DNA of 64,000 bases from an uncultured delta proteobacterium (GCA_963826785.1 CAWGYD010000006.1:928001-992000); one strand, 5' to 3'; shown: positions 1 to 10,229, counted from the stretch's first letter. The notes: generated from the sequence alone by a model not told the origin. A program made the numbers and translations.

Positions 1-216
1 CAAGGGGATGACCAGGTTTACGCCGGGTGCGACCGGGCGGCCGCTTTGGTCAAACACCACCGAGGCGAACGGACCGCCGCCATGAAGAACATTTAAGCGT
101 GCCAGTTCGATGACCAGCCGCATTTTTTCGACTTTTCGGGGCAGCACGGCAGGAAATTGCGCCAGCAGCGCCGCCACCCAGTCGGGCAGCCGGATATGAA
201 GTTCGGGCAGCTGCAT
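1..216 (-). CDS. Nucleoside/guanine deaminase family protein, N-terminal part (runs off the window edge)
   Basis: Not in the ORF track. Manual translation from ATG 216 gives MQLPELHIRLPDWV...KMRLVIELARLNVLHGGGPFASVVFDQSGRPVAPGVNLV. The GGPF..GVN motif is typical of cytidine/deoxycytidylate deaminase-fold proteins. Abuts the stop codon of the upstream gene. Confidence 0.7.
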   Translation of the reverse strand, partial: MQLPELHIRLPDWVAALLAQFPAVLPRKVEKMRLVIELARLNVLHGGGPFASVVFDQSGRPVAPGVNLVIPL

Positions 217-837
217 TCAGGCGCAGAGCAGAACCTGGATGCAGAGCTGGCTGATGGACCAGACGATGTCGACCGGCAGATGCGAGCTGCATCCGGAATC
301 GAGCAAAAGGGAAGCGCTGGACGGCAGTTCCTCATCACCCGACCAGACGATCATCACCACGGGAAACCGTGGAAAAGGCCGCAGCTCAATGGTGGCATCA
401 CCGAACACCCCGGTTTTTCCGTTGAGCAGGGTCCCTTTCTGGATGAGTGCCGCCGGGTCGTCGCCGAATTTTTCTGCAACCTGATCCAGGGGAAGCCGGT
501 GAACGCCCTGGCGGAAAAAATCACCGCCCGGCAGTTCATCCGGTTTGATCAGCTGACCGGAGGGGCGGATGTTCTTGGAATGGATCAGATAGTAAAGCGT
601 CGACAGCTTCATGAATTCGCCGAATTTTCCAACCAGCAGGCGCCCGGTCGCCGAATCGCTGTCACCGCTGACCTGGCGGCCCTTGATGTCAACCGTGATG
701 GGGGCATCAAAACATTTCAGCTGAAAAATCGATGCGGATGCCGTCCAGGCCGCATCTGATGCAATGGATACCGCATCCGGCACCAGCTCCTCCAGGTCAT
801 GCCAGGCCCGTTCGAGTCCCGGGATATCATCGGTCAT
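217..837 (-). CDS. DUF3786 domain protein
   Basis: 206 aa with ELPGGDFF, GDAxIELRPFPRFPV, WxGDEELPSSASLLLD motifs resembling DUF3786. Confidence 0.7.
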   Translation of the reverse strand: MTDDIPGLERAWHDLEELVPDAVSIASDAAWTASASIFQLKCFDAPITVDIKGRQVSGDSDSATGRLLVGKFGEFMKLSTLYYLIHSKNIRPSGQLIKPDELPGGDFFRQGVHRLPLDQVAEKFGDDPAALIQKGTLLNGKTGVFGDATIELRPFPRFPVVMIVWSGDEELPSSASLLLDSGCSSHLPVDIVWSISQLCIQVLLCA

Positions 838-876
838 GGATTTAAACCCTCGTGAAGAATAAGTGTGTGCAAAACG

Positions 877-1173
877 TCAGCTCTCGTCTTCCGGTCCGGC
901 AGATTCCTTCCAGTCCATCAGCAGCGTTGATTTTTTAAGGGCATTGCAGCCTTTGCAGCAGGGGACGACATTTCCCTTGGTGCTTTTTCCCCCTCTGGCG
1001 ATGGGGACGATATGGTCCATGGTCAGCTCTTTCGGCGGGTATTGTTTTCCGCAGTAATGACAGATCCCTCTGGCCCGGCGGCGCTTCCACCACTGACTGG
1101 CGCGCAGGGTTCGGGCCTTTGATTTTTCCCGCCGGATCTCCTCATCGTCCGGAACATAGGAGAACTGGTTCAT
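877..1173 (-). CDS. Small HNH endonuclease
   Basis: CHYCG...TMDHIVPIARGGKSTKGNVVPCCKGCNALK: HNH motif with two CxxC pairs. Confidence 0.85.
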   Translation of the reverse strand: MNQFSYVPDDEEIRREKSKARTLRASQWWKRRRARGICHYCGKQYPPKELTMDHIVPIARGGKSTKGNVVPCCKGCNALKKSTLLMDWKESAGPEDES

Positions 1174-1213
1174 TTTTCCGCCTGGTTCATGATTCGCAGT
1201 GGTTCAAGGCCGC

Positions 1214-2053
1214 TTATGCAAATTTGCCCAAAACGCCCATTCGTTGAAGCCATTTGCCGATCTGCTCTTTGAGAAGCGCATAGTAGCGCTTTGATCCGCC
1301 CAGTCCGGCCCGGCCGAAAAAATAGTTGATCTCAATAAAATAGGGATCAGATGTCTTCGCGTTGAATATCAGGTCGATTCCCGCCAGGTTGATGCCGGTC
1401 CGGTCGCAAAAATTTCGGGCCTGTTGTCTGCCCGCTTCCTGCAGATCGGGATCCGCTGTCCGGTCGATGACGGCCCCCCGGGCCACGGCTGTCCCGAATC
1501 GTTCTCTTTCGGGCTGTACCCGCCAGTATGAGATCAGCAGTTCGTCTAATGCCGCCACCCTCAGGCAGCGGCTGCCCGAGGGGATATATTCCTGGATCAG
1601 AAAACCGGACTGGCCAGTCTGTTCATACCGATCGGCGATGTTGAGCACCGTTTTTAAAGCATTTTGCGAGTCGATAAAATAGATATTCTCTCCTTCACCG
1701 CCCCAGTCAAACTTGAACACGAAGGGTAGCGGGAAGGCGGAGGGGGATTGACGATAATGGCGGTGGAAATCATTGAGGCGTGGATAAATATGAGTGGCCG
1801 GATGGCGGCAGTTGCTTTGCTGAAACAGTCGGACCTGGGCTGTTTTGCCGGGATGGGAAAATCGTGCGTCATAGTTTGGAAAGACATGGGGGCAGTTTTT
1901 TTTGGCCATGTCATAAAGGTCCCTCCGGCATCCCTGGGGCAGGATGACGGCGTCCGCCCTGCCAATCCAGGCAAGGTCGTCGGGGCCGGGTTCCCGGCCG
2001 GCGCAGAGGATATGGTGATCCGCATCAAACAAGGGATGAAACGAGACGATCAT
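1214..2053 (-). CDS. RimK-like ATP-grasp protein
   Basis: PFVFKFDWGGEGENI, LIQEYIP, LAGIDLI, FIEIN are ATP-grasp motifs. Confidence 0.75.
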   Translation of the reverse strand: MIVSFHPLFDADHHILCAGREPGPDDLAWIGRADAVILPQGCRRDLYDMAKKNCPHVFPNYDARFSHPGKTAQVRLFQQSNCRHPATHIYPRLNDFHRHYRQSPSAFPLPFVFKFDWGGEGENIYFIDSQNALKTVLNIADRYEQTGQSGFLIQEYIPSGSRCLRVAALDELLISYWRVQPERERFGTAVARGAVIDRTADPDLQEAGRQQARNFCDRTGINLAGIDLIFNAKTSDPYFIEINYFFGRAGLGGSKRYYALLKEQIGKWLQRMGVLGKFA

Positions 2054-2192
2054 GCGTGCCTCAATCCGGATTCGAAATCGGAAATCTCATGGGTTCGCAT
2101 TTTTTAACGGCAAATGCCTTGCGCTGGTTTTTTTGTATCCTGTTTCGGGCTTGTTGTCATTTCATTTCGCATTCAAGCACTGCAAAGGAAAA

Positions 2193-3104
2193 TCAGTATC
2201 CCAGTTTGCGCATGGCCTTGGCATCTTTGCTCCAGTTTTTTTCCACCCGGACGAAAAGCTCCAAAAAGACCTTTGCCGCGAGCATCTTTTCGATTTCCAG
2301 CCGGGCCGCTTCGCCGATGGATTTCAGCATCTGGCCGTTTTTACCGATGATGATTCCTTTCTGGGAAGAGCGCTCCACGTTGATGGATGCGTGGATGCGG
2401 ACCCGGTTTCTGCCGGGGACCTCTTCGAACGCATCGATGGTCACGGCCGTGGAAAACGGCACCTCCTGATCGGTGAGTTCAAATATCTTCTCCCGGATCA
2501 TTTCGGCGGCGATGAAGCGCTCGGGCAGATCCGTGATCATATCTTCGGGAAAATAAGGCGGGCCGTCCGGCAGGCGCGATTGCATGGCCGCCATCAGCTG
2601 ATCCACCTGGGTGCCTTCGGTGGCCGACACCGGAATGATCTCGGCAAAGGGATATTTTTTGGACCAGGTGTCAATCAATTTCAGCAGGATCGGCTTTTTG
2701 ACCAGATCAATTTTGTTGATGGCCAGAATCGCCGGGGTGTTGGTTATTTTTTCCAGATTTTCAACGATGAGGGCTTCGGCCTCCCGGTTCGGGGCCGAGG
2801 CGTCGATCACTACCAGAATCAGGTCCACATCGGAAAGAGCGGCGATGGCCACCTCCACCATCTTTACATTCAAGGCCTTGCTGCCTTTGTGGATGCCGGG
2901 GGTGTCCAAAAACACAATCTGAAACATATCGCCGTGGACCACTCCCATGATGCGGTTCCGGGTGGTCTGGGGTTTGGGAGAGGTGATGGAGATTTTTTCC
3001 CCGATCATGGTGTTGAGCAGGGTGGATTTGCCCACGTTGGGAGCGCCGGCAATGGCGGCAAAACCCGATTTAAAGCCGGGAAACCGTTTGGTGAGGTCAG
3101 TCAT
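2193..3104 (-). CDS. era: GTPase Era
   Basis: GAPNVGKST, PQTTR, DTPG, NKID; C-terminal KH domain (SQKGIIIGKNG). Confidence 0.97.
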   Translation of the reverse strand: MTDLTKRFPGFKSGFAAIAGAPNVGKSTLLNTMIGEKISITSPKPQTTRNRIMGVVHGDMFQIVFLDTPGIHKGSKALNVKMVEVAIAALSDVDLILVVIDASAPNREAEALIVENLEKITNTPAILAINKIDLVKKPILLKLIDTWSKKYPFAEIIPVSATEGTQVDQLMAAMQSRLPDGPPYFPEDMITDLPERFIAAEMIREKIFELTDQEVPFSTAVTIDAFEEVPGRNRVRIHASINVERSSQKGIIIGKNGQMLKSIGEAARLEIEKMLAAKVFLELFVRVEKNWSKDAKAMRKLGY

Positions 3105-3738
3105 GAAGCCCCTTTATCGAATGAAGGTCCGTACTGCCCATATTTTCCTCCGGCGGCGCTTCACCCAATACCCGGCGCAGGGCCGCCCATACCTGGTCTT
3201 TTCCCTGCCGGGTTTTGGCCGAAAACCGGATCAGGTCATCTGCGCCCGGTAAAAGCGCCTTTACCGCCTTGACCCGATCGGCCTGCCGGCTGGCGCTCAG
3301 TTTGTCCGATTTGGTCAGCACCGGGATGACGCCAAGGCCTTGCTGATGCAGCCAGTCCACAAAATTGCGCTCGTCTTTTCCCGGGTCCCGGCGGATATCC
3401 ATGATCAGAACCACGCCTTTCAATATCGGCCGGGAGGAAAGATAGGTCTCGATCATCGGCCCCCATGATTTTCGGATCGCCACGGGCACTTTCGCGTACC
3501 CGTAGCCGGGAAGATCGACAAATACGATGGACTGGTTGATGGAAAAAAAGTTGAGCAGCTGGGTCCGCCCCGGCGTGGAACTGGTCTTCACCAGCCGTTT
3601 GCGGTTGACCAGTGTGTTGATCAGGGAAGATTTGCCCACATTGGACCGGCCCGCAAAAGCGATTTCGGGCAATCCTGAATCCGGATATTCCGTCGGCCTG
3701 GTGGCGCTTTTGATGAATTCGGCTGAAATGATTTTCAT
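3097..3738 (-). CDS. engB: Ribosome biogenesis GTP-binding protein YihA/YsxC
   Basis: GRSNVGKSS, TPGRT, DLPGYG, TKSDK; probable start MKIISAEF at 3738. Confidence 0.95.
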   Translation of the reverse strand: MKIISAEFIKSATRPTEYPDSGLPEIAFAGRSNVGKSSLINTLVNRKRLVKTSSTPGRTQLLNFFSINQSIVFVDLPGYGYAKVPVAIRKSWGPMIETYLSSRPILKGVVLIMDIRRDPGKDERNFVDWLHQQGLGVIPVLTKSDKLSASRQADRVKAVKALLPGADDLIRFSAKTRQGKDQVWAALRRVLGEAPPEENMGSTDLHSIKGLHD

Positions 3739-3843
3739 GGCCGCCCTTATTCCCGTCCGGACGCAGGCATCAAATTTTTTTTCCGGCGCCTCCGTAAGAG
3801 GCTCTTTTTGCACGTGCGGGGTGCAAAACCCGGTCGAACGGCT

Positions 3844-4721
3844 TTAGATTACCTTGTTTAAGGCATATTCAATGATCCCCTCCGCGCCGTTTTTCATCAG
3901 CACGGGGATCAGATCGCGCACGGTATCGGAGTTGACCACGGTTTCCACGGAAAACCAGTCCGACTGGTACAGCGAGGCCACGGTGGGGGCATTCAGGCTG
4001 GGCAGCAGGGAAACGATGGTCCCCAACTGGTTCTCGGGCACGTTCATCTTCAACCCCACCATCTTTTCGGCCACCAGCGCCCCTTTGAGAAGCAGGGCGA
4101 TCTGCTCGATCTTCTCCCGTTTGACCGGGTCCTTCCAGGAATTTTGGTTGGCGATGAGCTGGGTGTTGGTCTGCATCATTTCGTGGATGATCCGCAATCC
4201 GTGGGCCTTGATGGTGCTTTCGGTCTCCGTGATTTCCACAATGGCATCGGCCAGCCCGGAAACCACCTTGGCCTCGGTGGCCCCCCAGGAAAATTCGACG
4301 TTGACGTCGATGTTCCGGTCGGCGAAATATTTCTTCGTGTACCGCACCAGTTCGGTGGAGATTTTCTTCCCCTGAAGGTCTTCAATGGTTTTGGCCGGGC
4401 TGTCATAGGCCACGGCCACCACCCAGCGGGCCGGCCGGGCGCTAACCTTGGAGTAGATCAAATCGGTGACCACGTGCACGTCCGACTGGTTTTCCGCAAT
4501 CCAGTCCTTGCCGGTAAGCCCCGCATCCAATGTCCCGTTTTCCACGTTGATGGACATTTCCTGGGCCCGGCAAAGGGCGCATTTCAGGGTGGGTCGTCGT
4601 TGACTTCCGGAAAATAGCTCCGCCCGTTGACATTGATTTTCCAGCCGGAGCGCTTGAACAGGGTGATGGTGGACTGCTGCAGGCTTCCCTTGGGAATGCC
4701 GAGTCTTAAGGGTTCACTCAT
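3844..4721 (-). CDS. hisG: ATP phosphoribosyltransferase, long form (single-base frameshift near 4590)
   Basis: N-terminus [14 protein letters not shown] from ATG 4721 stops at ...NDDPP*. It continues in another frame as [13 protein letters not shown]...GATEAKV...ADAIVE plus the C-terminal regulatory domain. Confidence 0.9.
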
Positions 4722-5095
4722 TTTTTGTATACCTTTTCCGGATCAAATATCGGCTCGCCGATGGTTTTTAATTCATTGTCGATCACCTGCCTGAAAAAAC
4801 AGCTTTTATGGCCCGTATGGCAGGCCGCACCGCCCACCTGCTCCACTTTCAGCAGGAGGGTATCATTGTCGCAGTCGATGCGGATTTCCTTAACCTTCTG
4901 GACATGCCCGGAGGTTTCGCCTTTTACCCACAGCTTCTGCCGGGAACGGCTGAAAAAAGTGGCCTGCCCGGTGCTGAGGGTGGCCTCCCAGGACTGCCGG
5001 TTCATGAAACCGAGCATCAGCACCTCGCCGGTCTCACTGTCCTGGATAATGGCCGGGATCAACCCCCCGGTCTTTTCGAAATCGATGTCAATCAT
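4718..5095 (-). CDS. hisI: Phosphoribosyl-AMP cyclohydrolase
   Basis: [34 protein letters not shown]. Confidence 0.95.
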   Translation of the reverse strand: MIDIDFEKTGGLIPAIIQDSETGEVLMLGFMNRQSWEATLSTGQATFFSRSRQKLWVKGETSGHVQKVKEIRIDCDNDTLLLKVEQVGGAACHTGHKSCFFRQVIDNELKTIGEPIFDPEKVYKK

Positions 5096-5285
5096 GCGCA
5101 AAATCACCTGTTTTTAAATGAAGTCTAAAATTAAACAAGTAAACATAGAGGTTTATGGCGGCGTAGTCAAACTCTTTTTTCAAAAACGGGCGGAGGCGCT
5201 CGACCCGTGCATCGAGGCGCTATTTTCTGTTTTTGCGCCACTTTGACCGGAAAGAAGCCGGTAAAGTTCGAAGTGGGCACTTTTA

Positions 5286-5314
5286 TTGACAATTCGGTTT
5301 AAAGTGCATATGTT
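5286..5314 (+). promoter_or_regulatory. sigma70-type promoter for trxA-trxB-bamD
   Basis: TTGACA-N17-TATGTT about 110 bp upstream of trxA. Confidence 0.55.
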
Positions 5315-5425
5315 TACCGAAAATATATCACTTGCAATATGGGTGCATATATGATCAGGGTGATAACAATTTCTTAAAAAGTGCGGTAAATACGTCCGAA
5401 TCAATTATCGGGAAAGGATGACAAA

Positions 5426-5752
5426 ATGGCCGAAGGCATCATGGAAGTCAGTGATCAGACGTTTGAAAGCGATGTGTTGAAATCGGATCTGCCGGTGCTG
5501 GTGGATTTCTGGGCCCCCTGGTGCGGCCCCTGCAAGGCGATTGCACCGGTGATCGAGGAGATCAGCAAGGATTATGACGGCCAGATCAAGTTTGCCAAAT
5601 GCAACGTGGATGACAATCCGGTTTCCCCCGGCAACTACGGCATCCGGGCCATTCCCACCCTGATCCTGTTCAAGGAGGGGAAAAAGCTGGAACAGATCGT
5701 GGGCATGGTGGATAAAACCAAGATCAAGGAAACCTTGAACAAGGCGCTTTAG
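5426..5752 (+). CDS. trxA: Thioredoxin
   Basis: DFWAPWCGPC, IPTL. Confidence 0.97.
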   Translation: MAEGIMEVSDQTFESDVLKSDLPVLVDFWAPWCGPCKAIAPVIEEISKDYDGQIKFAKCNVDDNPVSPGNYGIRAIPTLILFKEGKKLEQIVGMVDKTKIKETLNKAL

Positions 5753-5761
5753 AAAATACCG

Positions 5762-6688
5762 ATGAAATCTGACTATGATCTTGTTATTGTCGGCGGCGGC
5801 CCGGCGGGGTTGACTGCCGCCATTTATGCCGCCCGGGCCCGGCTGGACCTGCTTGTCGTGGAAAAGACCGCTCCGGGCGGGCAGATTCTGGTAACGGATC
5901 TGCTGGAAAATTATCCGGGCTTTCCGGAAGGGTTGAGCGGTGCCGAACTGGTGCTGAAGATGACCGAACAGGTCCGGAAATTCGGCGTTGAAATTGAAAC
6001 CAATACCGTTGAATCCGTTGATTTCAGCGGCCCGGACAAACAACTGGTCTTGTCCGACCGGACCGTTCGGGCAAAAGCGGTGATCCTCGCCACGGGTGCA
6101 TTCCCGCGGAAATTGGGCGTACCGGGAGAACTCGAATTTTACGGCAGAGGCATCTCGACCTGTGCCACCTGCGATGCACCGTTTTTCAGAAACAGCGTGG
6201 TGGCCGCCGTGGGCGGCGGGGATACGGCCGTGCAGGAAAGCATATTCCTGACAAAGTTTGCCAGCAAGGTCTACCTCATTCATCGCCGAAATGCCCTGAG
6301 GGCCACTAAAATCCTTCAGGAGCGGGCCATGGCCAACGAAAAAATCGAAATCCTCTGGGATTCGGTGGTCAGCGAGATCAAGGGAACAGACGCCGGCGTG
6401 AATGCGGTTTCAATCAAAAACGTCAAGACCGGGGTCATCCGCGATCTGTCCGTGGACGGCTGCTTCATGTGGGTGGGCATCGTGCCCAACACCGGATTTT
6501 TAAACGGCGCGGTGGCAGTCGATCCGTCCGGTTTCGTCATGGTGAACGCCAGGATGGAGACGTCGGTTTCCGGGGTTTACGCGGCCGGGGATGTCCGGAA
6601 CACGCCGCTGCGGCAGGTGGCCACAGCAGTTGGAGACAGCGCCATTGCCGCCTTTGAGGCGGCCAAATATATCGAGCAATCAGAGTAA
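5762..6688 (+). CDS. trxB: Thioredoxin-disulfide reductase
   Basis: GGGPAGL FAD motif, CATCD, GGGDTA, HRR, AAGD. Confidence 0.97.
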   Translation: MKSDYDLVIVGGGPAGLTAAIYAARARLDLLVVEKTAPGGQILVTDLLENYPGFPEGLSGAELVLKMTEQVRKFGVEIETNTVESVDFSGPDKQLVLSDRTVRAKAVILATGAFPRKLGVPGELEFYGRGISTCATCDAPFFRNSVVAAVGGGDTAVQESIFLTKFASKVYLIHRRNALRATKILQERAMANEKIEILWDSVVSEIKGTDAGVNAVSIKNVKTGVIRDLSVDGCFMWVGIVPNTGFLNGAVAVDPSGFVMVNARMETSVSGVYAAGDVRNTPLRQVATAVGDSAIAAFEAAKYIEQSE

Positions 6689-6696
6689 ATGATTCT

Positions 6697-7479
6697 ATGA
6701 AAAAATGGATAAGCCGGAGATGGATCGGGGGGATGGCCATCGTCATCCTGCTGACGGCCCTGGGGTTGGCCGGATGCACCAAACACAAGCCGGAAAAAAC
6801 CGCAGAAGAACTGGCCGCTGAAGGGCAGGCGGCATTTGAAAAGAAAAATTATTCGGATGCCATCAAGGTCTACGAAAAACTTACGGACTGGTATCCGTTC
6901 AGCAGCCATGTCAAGACGGCGGAGCTGAGAATTGCGGACTCGCATTTCGAACTGGAAGAATATGAAGAGGCGATTCTCGCCTACAAGGAATATGAAAGAC
7001 TGCATCCCAATGATGAACATATCCCGTTCGTAATTTACCGGATCGGCCGGTCCTATTTTGACCGGATGGTGGGGGTCGATCGCGAGCAGGACACCACCCG
7101 GGAGGCTCTCCAGGTGTTTTTGCGGCTGGTGGAGCAATATCCGGAAAGCGAATATGCAAAAGAGGCGCGAACCTGTATTGAGCAGGCCCGGCAGCATATC
7201 GCGGGGCATGAATTTTATGTGGGAAAGTTTTATTTCAAACAGAAGCACTACAAGGCGGCCCTTCACCGGTTTGAAAATGTCGCCGGCACCTATCCGGATC
7301 TGGAGATCGCCGCCGAAGCCCGCGATTACATCGAACAGTCCCGGGCGCTGATGGCAGAGGCGGAGCAGGCGAATCCGGAAGAACCGGCTCTCAAACCCGC
7401 CGATTCCCAGATGATGGAAGAAATAATGGAACCCGATATCACCGATCCAACGGAAGGGCCGTTCCCGGACCCGGACTGA
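6697..7479 (+). CDS. bamD: Outer membrane protein assembly lipoprotein BamD
   Basis: Lipobox LAGC, TPR repeats, YPFS/HP/YPxS motifs, HEFYVGKFY; acidic Pro-rich C-terminal tail. Confidence 0.9.
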   Translation: MKKWISRRWIGGMAIVILLTALGLAGCTKHKPEKTAEELAAEGQAAFEKKNYSDAIKVYEKLTDWYPFSSHVKTAELRIADSHFELEEYEEAILAYKEYERLHPNDEHIPFVIYRIGRSYFDRMVGVDREQDTTREALQVFLRLVEQYPESEYAKEARTCIEQARQHIAGHEFYVGKFYFKQKHYKAALHRFENVAGTYPDLEIAAEARDYIEQSRALMAEAEQANPEEPALKPADSQMMEEIMEPDITDPTEGPFPDPD

Positions 7480-7597
7480 TAAAAGCGTTGCGTCCAAACA
7501 CCTGATCCGCCGGGATGAAAAAAAACTTTACAAAGATTGTAAGAAGCGGTATAAGCGCTTTTTCCCAAAGCAATTATCTGGTTAAAAGGAGATGATC

Positions 7598-7786
7598 ATG
7601 TCAAGACAGTGCGATATATGCGGAAAGAAGCCGCTGGTGGGAAACAACGTCAGCCATGCCCATAACCTGACCAAGCGGCGCTTCAATCCAAACCTTCAGA
7701 AGGTGCGGGCCGTTTTCAACGGGCAGGTTCAAAAGATTTCCGCCTGCACCAACTGCATCAAATCCGGATTTGTGGTCAAGCCCTGA
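7598..7786 (+). CDS. rpmB: 50S ribosomal protein L28
   Basis: [11 protein letters not shown]...GNNVSHA...[10 protein letters not shown]...CTNC; SD AAGGAG. Confidence 0.97.
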   Translation: MSRQCDICGKKPLVGNNVSHAHNLTKRRFNPNLQKVRAVFNGQVQKISACTNCIKSGFVVKP

Positions 7787-7813
7787 TCACCTTCAGGATC
7801 AAACCCCATTTAT

Positions 7814-7845
7814 AAAAAAAAACCCGCCGCCGGCGGGATTTTTTT
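7814..7845. terminator. Bidirectional intrinsic terminator between convergent rpmB and rel
   Basis: A-run + CCCGCC-GCC-GGCGGG + T-run. Confidence 0.75.
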
Positions 7846-7938
7846 ATGGTCGACAGGGTGCTTCCGCCAGGATCGCAAGCGGTTAAACGCTTAATAATGT
7901 TTAAGCAGTATTTGCGCTCTTTGCGGAAAAACCCGTTT

Positions 7939-10083
7939 TTATACCCGCTCCACCTTCTGGATGGTCTCGATTTTTTTCAGTTTGGCCGTCACGTCGGCCA
8001 GATGGCCGCGGTCCTTGACCGAAAGCGTGATCGCCCCGATCACCATCTTGTCATCCGTGCTTTCCAGGTTCACGTCTACGATATTGGCATCCGCCTGGCT
8101 GATGGCGCCTGATATTTCCGCCAGAAGCCCCACCCGGTCATAGCAGCGCAGTTTCAATTTTACCGGAAACGTATTGGCGTGCTCGTTTTTCCATTCCACA
8201 TGAATTTGCCGCTCCGGGCTCATTTTCAGCGCGTTTAAGCATCCCTGGCGGTGAACCGTAATCCCGGCGCCGTGGGTGATGTAGCCGGTGATCTGGTCTC
8301 CGGGGATCGGCTGGCAGCACTTGCCGAACCGGATCAGGATGTCGTCGATTCCGTCCACCACGATCCCGTTGGGATCATGCTTTTTTCGGTCCTTTCGCCG
8401 GGGGAGCAGTTTATTGAAGATATTTTCATCTTTTTCCGGCTTGGAATCCGGGGCCAGTTTTTTGATCACCTGCAAGGGCGTGATCTTGCCGTATCCCACA
8501 TGGGCGATCAGGTCGTCCACCGTCTTAAAATTAAATTCCAGTGTCACCTGCTCCATGGCCTGGGAATGGATGAGTTCGTTGAAATTGAGGCGATGTTTTC
8601 GGAACGCCTTTTCGCACAGTTCACGGCCCAGGGAGATGCTTCTTTCGGTTTCCTGCTTCTTGATCCACTGGCGGATCCGGGAGCGGGCTTTTCCGGTTTT
8701 GACATAGCTCAGCCAGTCGGAACTGGGATGGTGCCCCTTGGTCGTGACGATCTCGACGATATCACCGGTCTGGAGTTGCTGATTGAGCGGCACCAGTCTC
8801 GCATTGACTTTGGCGCCGGTGCACTGGTGCCCCACTTCGCTGTGAATCAGGTAGGCAAAGTCGACGGGGGTTGACCCCTTGGGCAGGTTTTTGACTTCAC
8901 CCAGCGGGGTGAACACATAGATGTCCTTGGGGAAGAGATCGATGCGTACGTTCTCCAGGAATTCATCCGGATCACCGTAGTTTTCATGCTGATCCACCAG
9001 GTTCTGAATCCACGCGAAGGCATTCTGGGTTTCCGTATCCAGGGATTTTCCCTCCTTGTAGCTCCAGTGGGCCGCAATCCCCGAATTGGCCACCTGGTCC
9101 ATTTCCTGGGTCCGGATCTGCATCTCCATCCGTTCGCTGTAGGGGCCGATGACGGTGGTATGCAGGGATTTATAGCCGTTGGGCTTGGGAAATCCGATGT
9201 AATCCTTGAATTTATAGGGAATGGGCCGCCATTTGGCGTGAATCAGCCCCAGCGCCTCATAGCAGTGGGGGAGGGTGTCGGTGATAATGCGAAAGGCGAT
9301 GATGTCGTAGAGCTGCTCAAAGGTCAGATTCTGGGTCTGCATTTTCTGGTAGATGCTGTAGAACTGCTTGTAGCGGCCCAGTACCCGGCAATGGACGCCG
9401 GCGCCGTCCATGATCTGGGCAATGGCCCCCTTGACCTCCTCGATATATTTTTCCCGCTCCCCCTGGTTTTTGCTCACCATCTGCTTGATGTAATCGTAAT
9501 CTTCCGTATTCGTGTAATAAAAGGAAATTTCCTCCAGTTCCTTTTTGATCCAGTAGATACCCAGGCGGGCGGCAATGGGGGCATAGATGTCTAACGTTTC
9601 CTGGGCAATCGCTTTTTTCTTTTCCTCTGTTTTGTGGAAATGAAGCGTGCGGGTGTTGTGGAGCCGGTCGGCCAGCTTGATCAGGATGACCCGGATATCG
9701 TCGGCCATGGCCAGAATCATTTTCCGAAAATTTTCCGCCTGCCGGGCCCGGGCCGTGTCAAAGGCCAGCGTGCTGATCTTGGTCACCCCGGCGATGATTT
9801 TTGCGGTATCCGCACCGAACATCTGCTGGATTTCCTCGATGGTGGTGTGGGTGTCTTCCACCACGTCATGGAGCAGGCCGCAGGCGATGCTCACCGGGTC
9901 AAGCTTCATGTCCGCCAGGATGTTGGCCACCTCCAGGGGGTGCGTGAGGTAGGGCTCGCCGCTGAGCCGCTTCTGCCCGTCGTGGACTTTTGCCGAGTAA
10001 ATGTAGGCGCGTTCAACAACATCGACATCCGCATCCGGCGCATAGTCGTTGATTTTATCCAGTATGTCGTTGATCCGAATCAT
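7939..10083 (-). CDS. rel: Bifunctional (p)ppGpp synthetase/hydrolase Rel
   Basis: Intact HD domain (HDVVED), synthetase YKSLHT/EMQIRT/GIAAHW, TGS, CC-Zn and ACT domains. Confidence 0.95.
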   Translation of the reverse strand: MIRINDILDKINDYAPDADVDVVERAYIYSAKVHDGQKRLSGEPYLTHPLEVANILADMKLDPVSIACGLLHDVVEDTHTTIEEIQQMFGADTAKIIAGVTKISTLAFDTARARQAENFRKMILAMADDIRVILIKLADRLHNTRTLHFHKTEEKKKAIAQETLDIYAPIAARLGIYWIKKELEEISFYYTNTEDYDYIKQMVSKNQGEREKYIEEVKGAIAQIMDGAGVHCRVLGRYKQFYSIYQKMQTQNLTFEQLYDIIAFRIITDTLPHCYEALGLIHAKWRPIPYKFKDYIGFPKPNGYKSLHTTVIGPYSERMEMQIRTQEMDQVANSGIAAHWSYKEGKSLDTETQNAFAWIQNLVDQHENYGDPDEFLENVRIDLFPKDIYVFTPLGEVKNLPKGSTPVDFAYLIHSEVGHQCTGAKVNARLVPLNQQLQTGDIVEIVTTKGHHPSSDWLSYVKTGKARSRIRQWIKKQETERSISLGRELCEKAFRKHRLNFNELIHSQAMEQVTLEFNFKTVDDLIAHVGYGKITPLQVIKKLAPDSKPEKDENIFNKLLPRRKDRKKHDPNGIVVDGIDDILIRFGKCCQPIPGDQITGYITHGAGITVHRQGCLNALKMSPERQIHVEWKNEHANTFPVKLKLRCYDRVGLLAEISGAISQADANIVDVNLESTDDKMVIGAITLSVKDRGHLADVTAKLKKIETIQKVERV

Positions 10084-10229
10084 TTAGCAGGCTTTTGGTC
10101 GTCAGCGATTGGCTGCCAGCTGTCAGCAGGGTCCATATCCGGTAATTTTTCCGGAGATCATCGGCTTCTGCAGTCAGGGTAAATCTTCAGATTGTTGGCT
10201 TCAAAGTGAAATGCGGATGGCAAGGTCCA

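Noticed and set aside
877..1173. HNH gene as a mobile or defence nuclease
   Set aside because: It is a small stand-alone HNH among housekeeping genes, with no methylase, intron or repeat context.
2108..2122. sigma54-like CGGCAAATGCCTTGC on the + strand
   Set aside because: It points antisense into era with no gene to drive, and a GG-N10-GC match arises easily by chance.
4584..4586. In-frame TGA in hisG as selenocysteine
   Set aside because: Homology continues in a different frame, so this is a frameshift, not readthrough.
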